Shown here in pieces: positions 49,181 to 60,500 of a stretch of DNA of 64,000 nt; within the stretch, counting starts at the first letter, position 1, and every line of letters begins with the position of its first letter. The stretch is from the NCBI RefSeq assembly GCF_036321535.1, contig NC_087437.1, positions 3,162,001 through 3,226,000 on the forward strand. Direction: 5' to 3'. A program made the position numbers and the translations under genes. The notes beneath the pieces were generated by a model. That model ran no database searches. It saw only the letters and a list, made by a program, of their open reading frames with translations, and was not told the origin of the DNA. The stretch comes from Camelus dromedarius (taxonomy: Eukaryota).

Positions 49181-50699
49181 TGGCTTTTTAAAATTTCTGT
49201 ATTTAATCCTCATATTTTATTTTCAAGCATCTATCAAAGTCTGTTATTAATACTGGTATATTTAATTACAGTGTCTTGGTTCTTTGTAGATTTTACAATC
49301 ATATAATCAGCAAAAAAATAGATGATTTTCAACTATATTTTTCAATATATCTACCAGTTATTTAATTTTCTTATATTGTTTTCAAACAATCCTTCATACA
49401 ATATTTAATAATAATAATAATGGACATTCTTATTTAATTCATGATTTTGTTGAAATGGTTTTATTACTTATTTATTCTATTTAGATTTGCTTTGCTTCTG
49501 GTTTTTTTTAGTAGTTTTCTATTTCTTAGCACTGTTTTCAGTGTCTATAGACATGATCACATGGTTTCCTCCCTTTAATGTATTGATATCATTAACTACA
49601 TTGATAAATTTCCTGATGTTTAACTTCATTTGCATCACAGGAATACACCATTCGGCCACAGTGTATTTTTGTATACACTGCTGGATTCTTCCGCCAGTGT
49701 TTTATGTGGAGTTTTCATAGTTTTATTCCTAAATGAGGTTGGTGTATACATTTCTACTCTTCTACTGTTCCTTATAGGATTCTGGTATGAAATGTATGCT
49801 TGTTCCATGGAATTAATTGGGGAGCTGGCTGGCTTTTTCTATGGCCTGGAAAAATTGAAGTAACATGATAATTACCTACTCTCTAAAGGTTAGATAAACC
49901 TCAGCTGTGGACCCATCTGGTCCCAGTGCCCTTTTCCATGTTAGATGTCTAATCACCTTCCCAAGCTTGCCTTCCCAAGTTGGTCTATTCAGGTCTTCCA
50001 TTTCTTCTTAGATAGGTTTGAGTCATTTATATTTTGCTAAAAAATAGTTTTGCCTTGGGAAATAATTTACATGTAATATTGTTTTAATCCTTCGTGCATC
50101 TGTGATTGTTATTTCTCTTTTCTCTATAATCAGTCTGCTAGGTATTGGTCTGTTTAATTTACATTATTTTTCAAAGAACTGCCTCCCAGATTTATTTATC
50201 CTTTCTTATATTTGTATTTTCTTATTTTCTCTTTTGTTGATGTGCCTATTTTTATTAATTTCTCCTCCTAGTTTCTTCTGATTTACTTTATTATTCTTCT
50301 AGTTTTTTGAGTATCAAGTTTCTATTTTTTAATTCCTTAGTCTTTAGTAGTAAAAGCATTTAAGGCTACACTTTTTCCAAAAAGCGGAATGTTCAGTCTC
50401 ATAGGGGTTGATAAGAAGTGTTTGTTCTGTTGCTTTCTAGGTTGTTTGTGATTTCTCTTATTTCCCCTTTAACACAAGGATGGTCTATGAATTTTGTTTT
50501 TAACTTTCAAAATAAATAATATTTTTGGTCACTTTTAATTCTTCACTTCTATTTTTATTGGATTTTGTTTAGAGAATATGTCTGTAAAATCTCTATCATT
50601 TAAACTTTATTAAATTTCACTTGGTGGCCAGTTATAAAGCCAGTTTGCATAAATGTTCTCATAAAAGAAAAACAATCTTCTGTTCAATGAAGATAAGGT

Positions 50700-50800
50700 A
50701 TGCATATATGTGAAAATACACATGTATGTATATATGTGTATATGTGTGTATGTTTACATATATACATATACATACACGTGTGTGTCTGTATATATACACA
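50700..50800. repeat. Mixed (TA/TG/CA)n dinucleotide tract
   Basis: tatgtatatatgtgtatatgtgtgtatg...catatatacatatacatacacgtgtgtg seen directly. Confidence 0.8.
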
Positions 50801-50963
50801 CTTATTGTTTTGTACTAGCCAATTCCTCTATGATTTTCTTCATTGTGTATTTAATAAATCAGTCCATTCTGAGATAGGTGTCCAGTGGTAACTGAATTTT
50901 TACAGCATTCTCTTGCATAGGTTTTGTTTTGTATATATAGATGATCTTTTTATATATCTTTAC

Positions 50964-50966
<3 letters not shown>

Positions 50967-51014
<48 letters not shown>
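50967..51014. repeat. (TCTA)12 perfect microsatellite
   Basis: 12 uninterrupted TCTA units, counted directly. Confidence 0.95.
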
Positions 51015-53029
51015 GATGTGTGTGTATTCTTTCAGGTTTATGATCAATATCTTTATCACAAATTGTGCAACTTTTAAATCCATGGGGCTTGTTTACCTTG
51101 TTAAGCACTTTAACCTTAAAGTCCAACTTACTCGCTATTAATACCACCAATCCTGCTTTCTTTAGATTTTTATTTTCCTGAATTTATTCCTTAAGCTTAA
51201 GCTTTATTATTTTCTCTAACTTTGCTTCTGTGCTTCTTGTAAACTGCATTCAGCTGGGTTTCTTTTTAAGCCAGTAAGATGGACTTTGTATTTTAATGGG
51301 AGAATAGTCTGTTTACATTTATGCACTGTGTATGATACTTTATTTTGTTTCTTCCATCTTATTTTGTTTATTATTTATCTTACATTTTTGTTTCCTTTTG
51401 TTCATTTTCCTTATTTTTGCTCATGTGATAAAGTTGCTATTTGTTTCCTGCTGTCAATTTGGAAAATTTTTTTTCTAATGTTTCTTTGAAAAATTAGGAG
51501 TGGTTATCAGAAGCTCTGTTTTGACAGGTAAAGTTTGAGATGCTGAAGTGGCTGGGGGCTTGGAGGCTGTCTTTAGAATTCAGGACGGTTCGGTCTTGTC
51601 TGCTGTTTGGCCACAGGGCAGTAGCTCTGAGCTCACCTCTCCGGTCTGTCCCTAGAGGGCTCAGCCTTGGGTGTATGCAGTTTCTCAGACCACCAGGGAT
51701 AAATGTGATTTTATTTTGAAAGTCTGGCTTCCTGGGAGTCATCTCTGCATCTGAATAGCTTGATATTCAGCCAGTGTTGGTCTGAATCTGTACATAATGC
51801 CCTTGAGCTAGTAAGGCCTCTGTGTTTTGCTGAGGAATCAGGTGTGACTTACAAGATGCTTTCGAGTCTGCCCCACTGAGTGTGGCCCAGGGGATGCCCG
51901 CAACCTCCCTGACCCCAGAAGGGCTCTTCTTATCTATCCTGTTCCCTGGCTGTCTGTTGGATTTCTGACTATTAGTATCGTGGGACTCCTGGCCCTTTCT
52001 TAATTGCTCTCCAGCAAGGTCTCTGTGCGTTTCGACATCAAGACATTTAGACAGAACTTCAGCCTTTGTTTCAGGTAAAATCAGCCAGAGCAGAGCCCTC
52101 TTCCTCGAGGCTCGCCTCTCTCGGTGGGCAGGACCTCTGTGCCTCCCAAGTTGGGGCTGGGACAACACCACTCGGTGGTGCTTGGGGAGGAAGGACGTCT
52201 AGGCATGAGACACCTAGATACGAAGTCATCAGTTAGCAATTTTATTTAAAACCACGAGGCGGATGAGATGACCTGGGGACCTGTGTAGGCAGAAGTAAAA
52301 GCACTCGAAGAATTGAGCCTTGGGTCAGGCCCACCTGGAGTGCTGAGTTGAGACCTTGGGCTCTGAGTGGATAAGGAGGTCCTGCCTGAGACCAGGGCCA
52401 GGAAACACCTGCTCCATCATCCACAGGGAGCAGCCTGAGTTTCATAGTTTATTGTCTTTTCCTGTACCTGTAGAACCTGATGATAAACACGCTTTCTCGT
52501 CCTCCCACCAAGCCTGGCATGTGCTGTTGTCTCAGCAATCTGGCAGACTCTCGGGGCAGGTGGCTGGAGTCCTTTCCCATTCGGGTCTGCGACCTTGAAG
52601 GTCAGGCAGGCTGCCGTGACAGGTGTCTTTGGTGCGGACAGAGGTAACTGGGGTACAATAATAAATAACTAAATAAAACCTGGAGCAGAAAGCCTGGCCT
52701 TGTGCTCTGCAGGGCCAGGAGCTGGGCTTAAGGCCGACCAAGGGCAGGTTACTTAATTTCCTCATGTCAGTTGCTCCGGTATCCATCGTCCCTGCCTGCC
52801 ACGCTGTCACATTCTGAGACTTGAGTCCTGTAACGTCCACACAGCAGCAGGTGGACGGTGCTTAGTCAGTGTCAGCTACTTTCCTGTACTGACCACAGAA
52901 GCCAGGATAAAGCTACACACCTCCACAAAGCGATCCCTAAATTTCCGTTTCAGTTGATTCTTCTTTATCAAACTGCCTACCTCCCTGTAGTTACCTATCT
53001 AGAGTTTTAAGTGTAACCTAGGGACGCTT

Positions 53030-53450
53030 GAAGGCATTATTTTAATCAGGCATGGTAAGGCACGCAGACGCAAAATGTCCTAAAGGAAGGAGTCTATACT
53101 CATATTTCCATCTAAACAGGAGACAGCACGGGGCACGCAGGGTCTCCGGCAGCCCTGGGGTCTGTCCCAGGCCGAGGGAGCAAGGAGGAGGTACCAATAG
53201 GAGCCTCCATTGTGGTTTTCATGGGACAGAGCGGGCGAGGCAGGGTAAGCAGGTTGATTGGCTGTTCTGAATTAATTTCAGTGAACTGCAGAGCACAGGG
53301 ACTGTCCCTGGTTGTCTGATTCCTGGCCTCGAGGGATTAGGTTAGTGGAGAGTGTAAGAGCTGGGTAAGGGAGGTGACTGGGGCAGGGGTGGGCTCTGGA
53401 TTGGGTGGTTTGCGTATGAAGGCCCCCACCCCGCCCAGATTTCTTACTCT
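53030..53450 (-). mobile_element. ERVL-class solo LTR (MER54/MER74-like)
   Basis: gcagggtaagcaggttgattggctgttctgaattaatttcag...gggactgtccctggttgtctg...gggctctggattgggtggtttgcgtatgaa resembles the recalled MER54-type LTR. Confidence 0.55.
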
Positions 53451-54048
53451 AAGAATTGGCCAGTCTTTCCAGGGTTAGTAGGACCCAAAATGTCAATGCA
53501 TAAAAAATAAAGAAAACAAAAAGGCATGATCAGTGCACACATTCTGCTTTGTGTATGTTTGTGCAACATATGGTACCTAGGGAGCAGGATCTCACGTCAG
53601 ATCAGACACAATCAGGGCTGGAAATGAACCAGGGACCACCTGTAGCCACTGAACTTATCCTCTAGATAATTAAAACTTATCCACTCTCCTGATATCAAAG
53701 CAACTTTTTAAAAAATCTGTATTTGAATTCAGGAACAGAATTCCCATTGCAGAGTTGAAAGAAACCTTAAGAATTAGTGCATTCCTCCCCCACCTGTTGC
53801 TTAAATCTCCTCTTCCTATTTCTGCTGAGTGGTGTCTCACTCCTCCTTCCAGTTTTTCTGATTGTAAGAGGTCTCTTTCTGGGGCCAAAATCTGCCTCAT
53901 TTTAGCCTCAGCCTGCTAATTCCTGAAAGTGTGTTGTCTAACTGTACAAATACAAAGCACACCCAGCTCCCAGAATAGCTGCAGATCACATAAAATATGT
54001 GTGGTGGGCTTCCAGAAGTGACAGAGAGCCACTTGTGTCTGTCACATG

Positions 54049-54132
54049 TGCTGTACATCTAAAGATGTCACGTAAGAGAAGGTGTTTCCTGCTGTACATC
54101 TAAAGATGTCACATAAGAGAAGGTGTTTCCTG
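54049..54132. repeat. 41-bp tandem duplication
   Basis: Two copies of tgctgtacatctaaagatgtcac(g/a)taagagaaggtgtttcc with a single mismatch. Confidence 0.9.
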
Positions 54133-54280
54133 TCTGTCTTTCTCTGAGCTGGGGCAGGAATGCCTCCTCTGCAGGGTTCTACAGAGGGTGGCCAAAGCCA
54201 CTGCTCCACAGAATGTCCTTCCTGTGCATCAAGGCTTCCCACAGAATGGATGGGACCTTAAGTAGGACACCTGTTTTATA

Positions 54281-55447
54281 TTCTTATGTATTTATTTTTA
54301 TTGAAGTATAGTTGCTGTACAATGTTGTGTTAGTTTATGGTATACAGCACAGTGAATCAGTTATGCATACATATACATATATTCTTTTTCATGTTCCTTT
54401 TATTACAGGTTATTACAAGATATTGAAATAGTTCCCTGTGCTATACAGTAGGTCCTTGTTGTTTATCTATTTTATATATAGTAATGTGTATCTGCTAATA
54501 TCAAACTACGAATTTATCCCTCCCCTAGTTTGTTTTCAATGTCTGTGAGTGTTTTTGTTTTGTAAATAAGTTCGTTTGTGTCATTTTTTAGATTCCACAT
54601 ATGAGTGATATCATATGGTATTTTTTTCTCTTTCTGGCTTACTTCATTTAGAATGACGATCCCAAGGTCCATCCATGTTGCTGCAAATGGCATTATTTTA
54701 TTTTTTATGGCTGAGTAGTAATTCCATTGTATAAATATACCACAGCTTCTTTATCCACTCATCTGTCGATGGACAGTTAGTTGTTTCCATGTCTTGGCTG
54801 TTGTAAATAGTGCTGCTGTGAACATTGGGGTGCATGTATCTTTTCAAATTAGAGTTCCCTCCGGATATATGCCCAGGAGTGGGATGGCTGGATCATGTGG
54901 TAAGTCTATTTTTAGTTTTTTAAGGAATCTCTGTACTGTTTTCCATAGTGGCTGCACCAAACTACATTCCCATCGACAATGCCCTCTCCAGCATTTATCA
55001 TTTGTGGATTTTTTAATGCTGGCCATTCTGACCAGTGTGAGGTGATACCTCGTTGTAGTTTTGATTTGCATTTCTCTGGTATTTAGTGATATTGAGCATC
55101 TTTTTCATATGCTTGTTGGCCATGTGTAAGTAAGTCTTTGTTGGAGCAATGTCTGTTTAGGTCTTCTGGCCATTTTTGGGCTAGGTTGCTTGGTTTGTTG
55201 TTGTTGTTGTTAAGTTGTATGAGCTGTTTGTATATTCTGGAAATTAAGCCCTTGTCAGTCACATCATTTGCAAATATGTTATTCCATTCTGTAGGTTGTC
55301 TTTTTGCTTTGTTTATGGATTCCTTCACTGTGCAAAAGCTTATAAGTTTGATTAGGTCCCATTTGTTTATTTTTGCTTCTGTTTCTATTGCCTTGGGAGA
55401 ATGACCTAGGAGAACGTTGCTATGATTTATGTCAGAGTAGTTTTGCC
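54281..55447 (-). mobile_element. L1 3' fragment (~1.2 kb) with TSD
   Basis: Minus ORFs read [30 protein letters not shown] and [31 protein letters not shown] taggacacctgttttata (54263-54280) / taggacatctatattata (55448-55465). Confidence 0.95.
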
Positions 55448-56949
55448 TAGGACATCTATATTATAAATTGAACTCCTTGCTTTGGGGAGGTATCGTATGT
55501 TACTAGTTTAATGCTGAATCCCTAGGGCCTAGCTCAGCGCTGGAAAAAATCACAGGCACTCATTAAATCTTCATTGAGTGAATGAGAGAATGCACGGAAA
55601 TGAATACCAATTGCTAATTGGAAGCATTTGCAAATAAGTAAGACATAAGAAAAAGTTCGGGTTGCACTCTGAAGCAAATAGCAGTTCTCCAGGGGACCAA
55701 GTTTAGGCGCTGAAATCGCTGATGTTGTTACAGGAAAGCAGTGTATTTGAATCAGGTTTCCTCACCTGCTGAACCCGGGACCCACACAGGTTGTGTAGCT
55801 TCAAAGAGAGATTGAGCGTCAGGAACTTAGCCAGAGCCTGTGATGAGCTGTGAGAGCTGCAGCTTTGTGGACTTGCTGCTCCTTTATACACTTGACCTTG
55901 AATAACTTGGGGGTTATGAGGTGCTGACCCTGTCATGCAGTCAAAAATTTGCAGATAATTTTTGACCACAACTGAACTACTAATAACCTCCTGTTGACAT
56001 AAACAGTCAATTAAATATTTTGTATGTTCTATGCATTATATACTATATTACTATAATAAAGCGAGCTAGAGCAAAGAAAACGTTATTAAGATAAACAAAA
56101 GGAAGAGAAAATACATTTATAGTACTGAATTTATCAATACTGTAAGTTTACGTCCTCTGTTTACAAGATGAATCATGTCAGTACAATCCACGTGTCTTAC
56201 AGGATATAAAAGACTGTTGATGTTACATGTACTAACACTAGACACAAAAAGGAAAAGACAGTGTGCAAAGGAAACTCATATTTGTTTACAGGTATAACGA
56301 TTCATGCACTGATAAAAGAGAAGCAGCAATATGATTCTTTATGGTGACCTAGTGTCATCAATATGATTGCTTCACAGTAGCCTTGCTCGTACTCATTATA
56401 AAACTTTATGACTCATTATAAAGGAATGACTCATTATAAAACTTTATGGCGTGCAGAATTACAGTCATATTCATAATACAGCGTCAGGAACATTGTTACA
56501 TTTTTTAAAAAGCCACTTACCTGTAAAAAAAAAAAGCCACTTACCTGTGATGGTAGCTGATACGCGATTTCTCCAATTGTATGAGAGAGAGGAGGAGAGT
56601 GGGAGGCAGGCATACTGTCCCATCATGTTATTCTTCTAAAGCAAAGTTGTAACACAGTATGAAAACTAAGACTTCAATTTGATATTAAGCATCACTCACC
56701 TTATGCCTCTAAGGATAGGCTCTCCATTTCAGTACGAGTCTCGTATGATGGGTAGACTGTCCATCATCAGTACATGATGCTGTGCATGATGAACGTGCAG
56801 GTGATGATGATGATGACAATGCAGAAATGTCTACACAGTCCTTGCCATACACTCATTAGATTTTCACATGAACACACACACGGACACACAACAGAGACAC
56901 ATGATGATTCCTTACTGTTCATGAAGTGGAGGTGGACCATCCTGAAGGT

Positions 56950-58650
56950 CTCATCCTCCCGTCTCCATGCTGAGTCAGTGGAGGAGGGAGGAGGAGGAGG
57001 TGAGGGTCCTGCTGCCTTGGGTGCAGAGGTGGAGGGCGTGGAAGGGGAGGCAGGCACACATCGTGTAACTTTATGGAAACACATCATAGTTTCCATCTGA
57101 CTTTTCTGCTTTTTCATTTCTCTAAAAATGTTTCTTCCACTGTTGGCTTTAGTTTCACTGCCTGTATCATAGAGAGCCCACCTTGTAAAAGAAGTGAAAA
57201 CCAGTCTCGGATACTCAGAACCCTTCTGCTGGATCATCTGACGGCAGTTTGTTTTGGGGGACTGTCTTCTTCCTCGTTGTCTGGCGCTGGTTGGGAAACA
57301 CTCGTCTGCATTAAGTCATCTTAAGTTGATTCCTCTGATGTGGGGTCTCTTAGCTCTTGAATTACTCCAAGATCTGTATCTTGAAACCACACACACCCAA
57401 ACACACACCCCTCTTTTGTCATCTCCACAGTCTCTGCCATGATTTTCTTGATTGGCTCCGTCATGGATCCTATGAAATGACACACAGTATCTGGACAGTT
57501 TTCTCCTGCGAGGGTTTATCATTTCGGGCGTGATGGCTTTCTTGTCCCTTCTGTGACAGTGATGGCATCTTCAGTGATGTGGTCCTTGCAGACTCTGATG
57601 ATGCTCTCTCTGTTGGGGTTCTTCGCCAGCACTGACCGTCCTTTCCTGAGAGCACTGTGTGTAATGAACCTTAAGGGTCCTCATGGCCCCCTGATCTGGA
57701 GGCTGAATTAGAGACGTTGTGTTTGGGGGCAGATTGACCATCCCATCACCTTCAGTGTTGAATCATGGGGCTCTGGTGTCCAGGGGCGTCACCCTACATG
57801 TAAAGAACTTTTAAGGCAGTCCTTACTAACAAGGTGCTTCCTGACTGCAGGGACTAAGCACTGATGGACCCAATCCAGAAAAAGGGCCCTCCCTGTCCAG
57901 GAGGAGCAGTGCAGCAACACCAACCAGAAAACTGTGCTTATCTTCTCCCTTCAAGCCTCGGGGGTTAGAGCTTCCTAGATCAAGGCAGTCCTGATCATAA
58001 ACCCCGGCTGCGTTTGCACAGAACGGAAGAGCCCCCCACCCCTTCCTGCCGGAAGTCCTGCTTGCTCATTCTGTTCCTACTGACAGGTGTCCTCTGTGGC
58101 ACTTTTGTCTTCCTGAGGCAGATTGCTTTCTCCTCAATGGTTTTCTTAACGGTGTCTGGGAACTTGTCTGCTGCCTCTTGGTCGGCAGGAACTGCTTCTT
58201 TTGGTATTTTTAAGCCAAACCTCTTTCTAAAATCATCAAACCATCCTTTGCTGGCATCAGATTCTCCAGCTTTAGATTCTTCACCTTCCTTGTGCTTTAA
58301 GTTGTCACCTAATGACTGTGCTTTTCCTCAAATCGGTAAGAGTCTGTAGGTATGCCTTCCTTACAGCAATCCTTGCACCCACAGAAAAGCTGCTTTTCAA
58401 GTCGAAATAAAAGGCATTTCACAAAGTGTGCAAGGTGTTCACACCTGCTGGCATAACGGCAGTGACGGTGTCACAAATTTTCTTTTCTTTTTTTTTCTTC
58501 ACAATGGCCCTTACGCTGGATTCATTCAGCTGCAGAGCTCAGTCTACAGTCCACATCAAACAATTCCGCTTTTTCCTGTGATGTCGTGACTTTTCTCTGC
58601 CTCTCAGGGGCACGTCCAGCATCACTAGAGGCACTGCCTGTGGGTCCCCG
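56950..58650 (-). pseudogene. Decayed Tigger transposase ORF
   Basis: The minus strand near 58640-58480 reads SASSDAG..RQRKVTTSQEKAELFD...NESSVRAIVK, like the CENP-B-type HTH N-terminus of Tigger transposases. It has multiple stops and frameshifts, and the limits are approximate. Confidence 0.65.
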
Positions 58651-58727
58651 GGTGTTAGGGTTCTTGGTACTGGACTAAACGTGATGAAAAATACTCAAGA
58701 ACTGCAGGTCTCTTTTTACTGGGATAT

Positions 58728-58832
58728 GCAGTTTACCTCAATTACAGCTGCTCATGTGGAGGTGGTGAGCCTCACGTGGCAGTTTACCTCAATTACAGCT
58801 GCTCATGTGGAGGTGGTGAGCCTCACGTGGCA
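58728..58832. repeat. Perfect 51-bp tandem duplication within the Tigger element
   Basis: Two copies of gcagtttacctcaattacagctgctcatgtggaggtggtgagcctcacgtg followed by gca. Confidence 0.95.
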
Positions 58833-59637
58833 TCTTAAGTGGGTGCTCGATGCTCAAGCTCAACGCAGTAGCAACAGGAGGTGGCTGTGGAGTCACTCCG
58901 GGGGAGCAGTGTGTACCGAGAGCAACTGTGTGGGTTAGGGTTTAATTCTGCATCTTTATACTTGTTCAGATTCTCTCCACTGCAGATGGCACCATGGAGG
59001 GTCTCTTAGTGTTTGTGTGCTTAAGCTTTGATAAATCTTAACTTTTTAGAATAGATTTATGTATGTTTTATGGTGGTGAATGATAAAATAGACTAATATC
59101 TACATGTACTTTATTAATTAATGACATGCTTAACTCTAATTTTTAAATTAGAATTCTTAATTTTTTAAATTAAGCATAATTAGCATTCTTAATTCTTTCA
59201 ATCTTTCTGGGCTACATGGTTTGTCTGCGAGATTTTCAAATTGTCACAGAGCTCCGAAACATTTTCCAAGATATTTATTGAAAAAAAAAATCCACATATA
59301 AGTGGACCCATGCAGTTCAAACCCGTATTGTTCCAGGGTCAGCTGTAATCATGAGAGTAGCCAAGCCCATGCTTACGAAATGTAGGTGTACAATAAATAT
59401 TTATCACTGACAATCATTTAATGATGGTGACGAGGGTGTGGTGGGAGGTTTCTCCACTGAGAGACTGGGCCCCACTCACCACAGGGCTTGTACCTTATGA
59501 AGGACCCAGCAGTGTAAGCTCTCCAGTGTCAACAGAATTAATGACAAGTGAGCAAGAGCAGTGTCCCAGCATCCGTGGGAGACCCTGTAGAAGAGACGTA
59601 CTTCATAAAAGAAGCATCGTGTTTATTTAAAGGCGGA

Positions 59638-60032
59638 GGTGAAGTAAGCCAGAAAGAGTAAGAAAAATATCATATGATACCACTCATATGTGGAATCTTA
59701 AAAAAAAAAAAACAGATGGACACTAATGAACTCATCTACAAAAGAAAAGAAACAGACTCACAGACATAGTAAACAATCCTATGGTTAACAGAGGGGAAAG
59801 GGAGTGGGAAGGGATAAATTTGAGAGTTTGAGATTTGCAAGTATTAATCACTATGTATAAAAATAAACAAATTTCTTATGTATAGCACAGGAAACTATAT
59901 TCAATATCTTATAATAACTTTTAATGAAAATGATTATATGTATGTGTATGTATGATTGGGACATTGTGCTGTACACCAGAAAATGACACATTGTACCTGG
60001 CCATACTTCAATGAAAAAAATAATAATAAAAT
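59638..60032 (+). mobile_element. L1 3' UTR fragment
   Basis: gtgaagtaagccagaaagag...tgtggaatcttaaaa...gccatacttcaatgaaaaaaataataataaa. Confidence 0.92.
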
Positions 60033-60500
60033 AATTTTGTTTATCTTTTCAAAGAACCAGCTTTTAGTTTCATTGATCTTTTCTATTGTTTTTTCAGTCT
60101 CTTTCATTTATTTCTGCTCCAATCTTTATGATTTCTTTTCTTCTACTAACTTTGGGGTTTGTTTGTTCTTCTTTCTCCAGCTGCTTTAGGTGTAAGGTTA
60201 GGTTGTTTACTTGAGATTTTTCTTGTTTCCTGAGGTAGACTTGTGTCGCTGTAAACTTCCCTCTGAGAACTGTTTTTGCTGCATCCCAGAGGTTTTAGGT
60301 TGTTGTGTTTTTGTTTTCATTTGTCTCTTAAGTATTTTTTTGGTTTCCTCTTTTATTTATTCTATGATCCACTGGTTGTGTAGTAGCATGTTGTTTAGCC
60401 TCCATGTGTTTGCAATTTTGCAGTTTTTTTCTTGTAGTTGATTTCTAATCTAATAGCATTGTGGTCTGAAAAGATGGTTGGTACGATTTCAATTTTCTTA
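60033..60500 (-). mobile_element. Inverted 5' segment of an L1 (end of ORF2 endonuclease domain and linker)
   Basis: The reverse complement reads KKIEIVPTIFSDHNAIRLEIN...[13 protein letters not shown]...KINETKSWFFEKINKI. Confidence 0.92.

Larger units (their letters stand above)
48590..51480 (-). mobile_element. Highly decayed old L1 (L1M-type)
   Basis: T-rich sequence with L1 ORF2 antisense motifs, e.g. ggttagataaacctcagctgtggacccatctggtcccagtgcc and ttggtctattcaggtcttccatttcttct. Confidence 0.6.
55889..59345 (-). mobile_element. Tigger2-family (TcMar-Tigger/pogo) DNA transposon, apparently full length, Tigger2f-like
   Basis: The left end is TA|cacttgaccttgaataac. The right end is gttcaaacccgtattgttccagggtcagctg|TA, whose reverse complement cagctgaccctggaacaatacgggtttgaactgc is the Tigger2 terminus. 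TA TSDs lie at 55887-88 and 59346-47. Confidence 0.9.

Noticed and set aside
5888..56977. Scattered AP-1 (TGACTCA/TGAGTCA) motifs as an enhancer cluster
   Set aside because: I saw roughly a dozen against about 8 expected by chance for a 7-mer on two strands, so this is not convincing enrichment.
56767..57237. 156-aa proline/serine-rich ORF and the overlapping 108-aa Met/His-rich ORF
   Set aside because: Both lie within the decayed Tigger element and reflect its low-complexity sequence near the transposase 3' end.
58728..58832. Direct repeats here and at 54049 and 39610 as CRISPR-like arrays
   Set aside because: They are head-to-tail duplications without unique spacers, in mammalian DNA with no cas genes.
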